Below are positions 62,601 to 64,000 of a stretch of DNA of 64,000 nt, piece after piece (the first letter of the stretch is position 1; each line of letters starts with the position of its first letter). The stretch spans positions 10,230,001-10,294,000 of the forward strand of contig NC_135258.1 of assembly GCF_964204865.1 (NCBI RefSeq), read 5' to 3'. The notes below the pieces were generated by a model that saw only the letters and a list, made by a program, of their open reading frames with translations, was not told the origin of the DNA and did not search any database. The stretch is from Styela clava. Lineage: Eukaryota. The translations under genes and the position numbers were made by a program.

Positions 62601-63801
62601 ACCATATTTTGCACTCGCTTTTCAAATCTTACCTCATTGCTGTAAATAGTGGCTAATGCTAATCAAATATTAACGCGAACAGTCACAGTGTTGTATTTGA
62701 AAGAACAAGGGCATCAAACATTTCTTTGGTATTTTATATTACATATCAATCAAAATGGTTAATCTATATTGTACAATGGCGTTGAAACGTGGCAAGACAA
62801 AAAACAAGGTCACAAACACGGAATATTCGCCTACCGACATTATAAATGGAATCAACGTTGTCGATCATTTCTATTATAAAATCATAACACATGGTATGTA
62901 TCAATCAAAATGCTCAATCCACCTTGTACAATACTGGTGTTGAACAGCAATAAGGCAATGAAACAATGGCAGCGAAAAACCAGGAGATTCGCCTATCGAC
63001 GAAAGTAAAGGAATATTCTGTGCTTTACTTTCTCGTGTGGGCGAATGTTTCGTCAGCTTTACAAGATGCCAGAAATCCAAAATCAAGGCAAGATGCCATC
63101 GATGCCACGAAGAAAACATTAGCGCTCACACTTGGAACACTGTAAGTGTAGCAGGTAAAATAGATTTAAGCATTTTAGAGGATGCATCTTAATAGCTTGT
63201 TTTAACGCACTGCATATTCCAATATTCTTCAGTTAAAAAAGAACTTGTCCCGTGGACATTTTAGCTATGTATTAGACTCATATGAAGCGTAAATGCCCGC
63301 TTTCTGTAAGAGCCAAACACTTCCAGCAGTGACTTGTTGACGAAACTATAATTGAATCGAGTCGTGGTGCCAAACTTAGTTCTACAGTATGAATACTGCT
63401 ATTAAGCATGATTCGAGTTGAAATAATCAATTTCGTTATAGGATTATATAGAAACTCACCTTTGACGGGTCTGCGTTATTAAGCAAATAGCCAGGTTACT
63501 CATTAACGGAAATGCGTACCTAGTTTGCAGTCATTCTTTTATACAAACATTAGTTTAGGGGGAGACTGTTAGAGATGGTTATGTAATCTCCGTTATGGTG
63601 AGCCAGGCTCGCTGATAAATTGTTTTATTCATTTTAAATATAAATGTTTTAGGGTGTACGAAACCACCAGGCGCTTGGCATCGTTTTTTAAGCTTCGAGA
63701 GCTGATTTTAATTAGAAATTAGTAACCAGCGAGTTTTTTACCATATAAAGATTGGAGGTGTCATTTTGAAATAATTTTTATTCTGTCTACTAGACTTAGA
63801 G

Positions 63802-64000
63802 CAGGGGTCACCAACCTTTTCGAAGCCGAGGGCTACTTTTAGGGTACAGATTAAGCTGCGGGCTACCAGTTCAATGTACACTTCTAAAAAAATCAGTTGC
63901 TCGATTAAGCTTCAATTATTGATATAATTACTGGTATTTAGGGAAGTATACACACAAATAAACTTTAGGATTCTTCAGGAAATCAAACGATTATCACAAC
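63802..64000. mobile_element. Left end of a hAT element running off the window
   Basis: CAGGGGTCACCAACC after an ACTTAGAG target-like 8-mer; GGGCTAC subterminal repeats. The right TIR is not in the window. Confidence 0.6.

Noticed and set aside
60400-63780. Short ORFs and GGGTGCAAAT repeats in the last 3.4 kb
   Set aside because: No recognisable domains or consistent exon chain; the repeats near 62490-62595 are probably a decayed element whose ends I could not define.

Overview
AT-rich eukaryotic (animal) genomic DNA with short GT-AG introns. The compact genes and dense non-autonomous DNA transposons suggest an invertebrate such as a tunicate; this is inference. Gene content, left to right: (1) a recent tandem array of three plus-strand, 8-exon classical SDR (FabG-like) oxidoreductase genes in ~6.3-8.1 kb units, the first only partly in the window; (2) an intronless type II membrane, two-domain glycosyltransferase-like gene; (3) two older minus-strand SDR paralogues; (4) a second intronless glycosyltransferase-like paralogue; (5) a three-level transposon nest (hAT > 3.1 kb foldback with a 9-bp TSD and ~350-bp satellite-like arms > pogo-like MITE half); (6) the germline RRM gene boule; (7) MUTYH; (8) a cytosolic sulfotransferase with an intronless CDS. 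About 15 non-autonomous hAT elements can be delimited, most by matching 8-bp TSDs. The best candidate for an undescribed system is the pair of intronless, possibly horizontally acquired tandem-glycosyltransferase genes interleaved with a diversifying SDR cluster. The SDRs show a predicted NAD/NADP switch, loss of the catalytic-tetrad Asn and an intron difference, and a sulfotransferase lies nearby. All exon coordinates were read by hand; no database searches were run.
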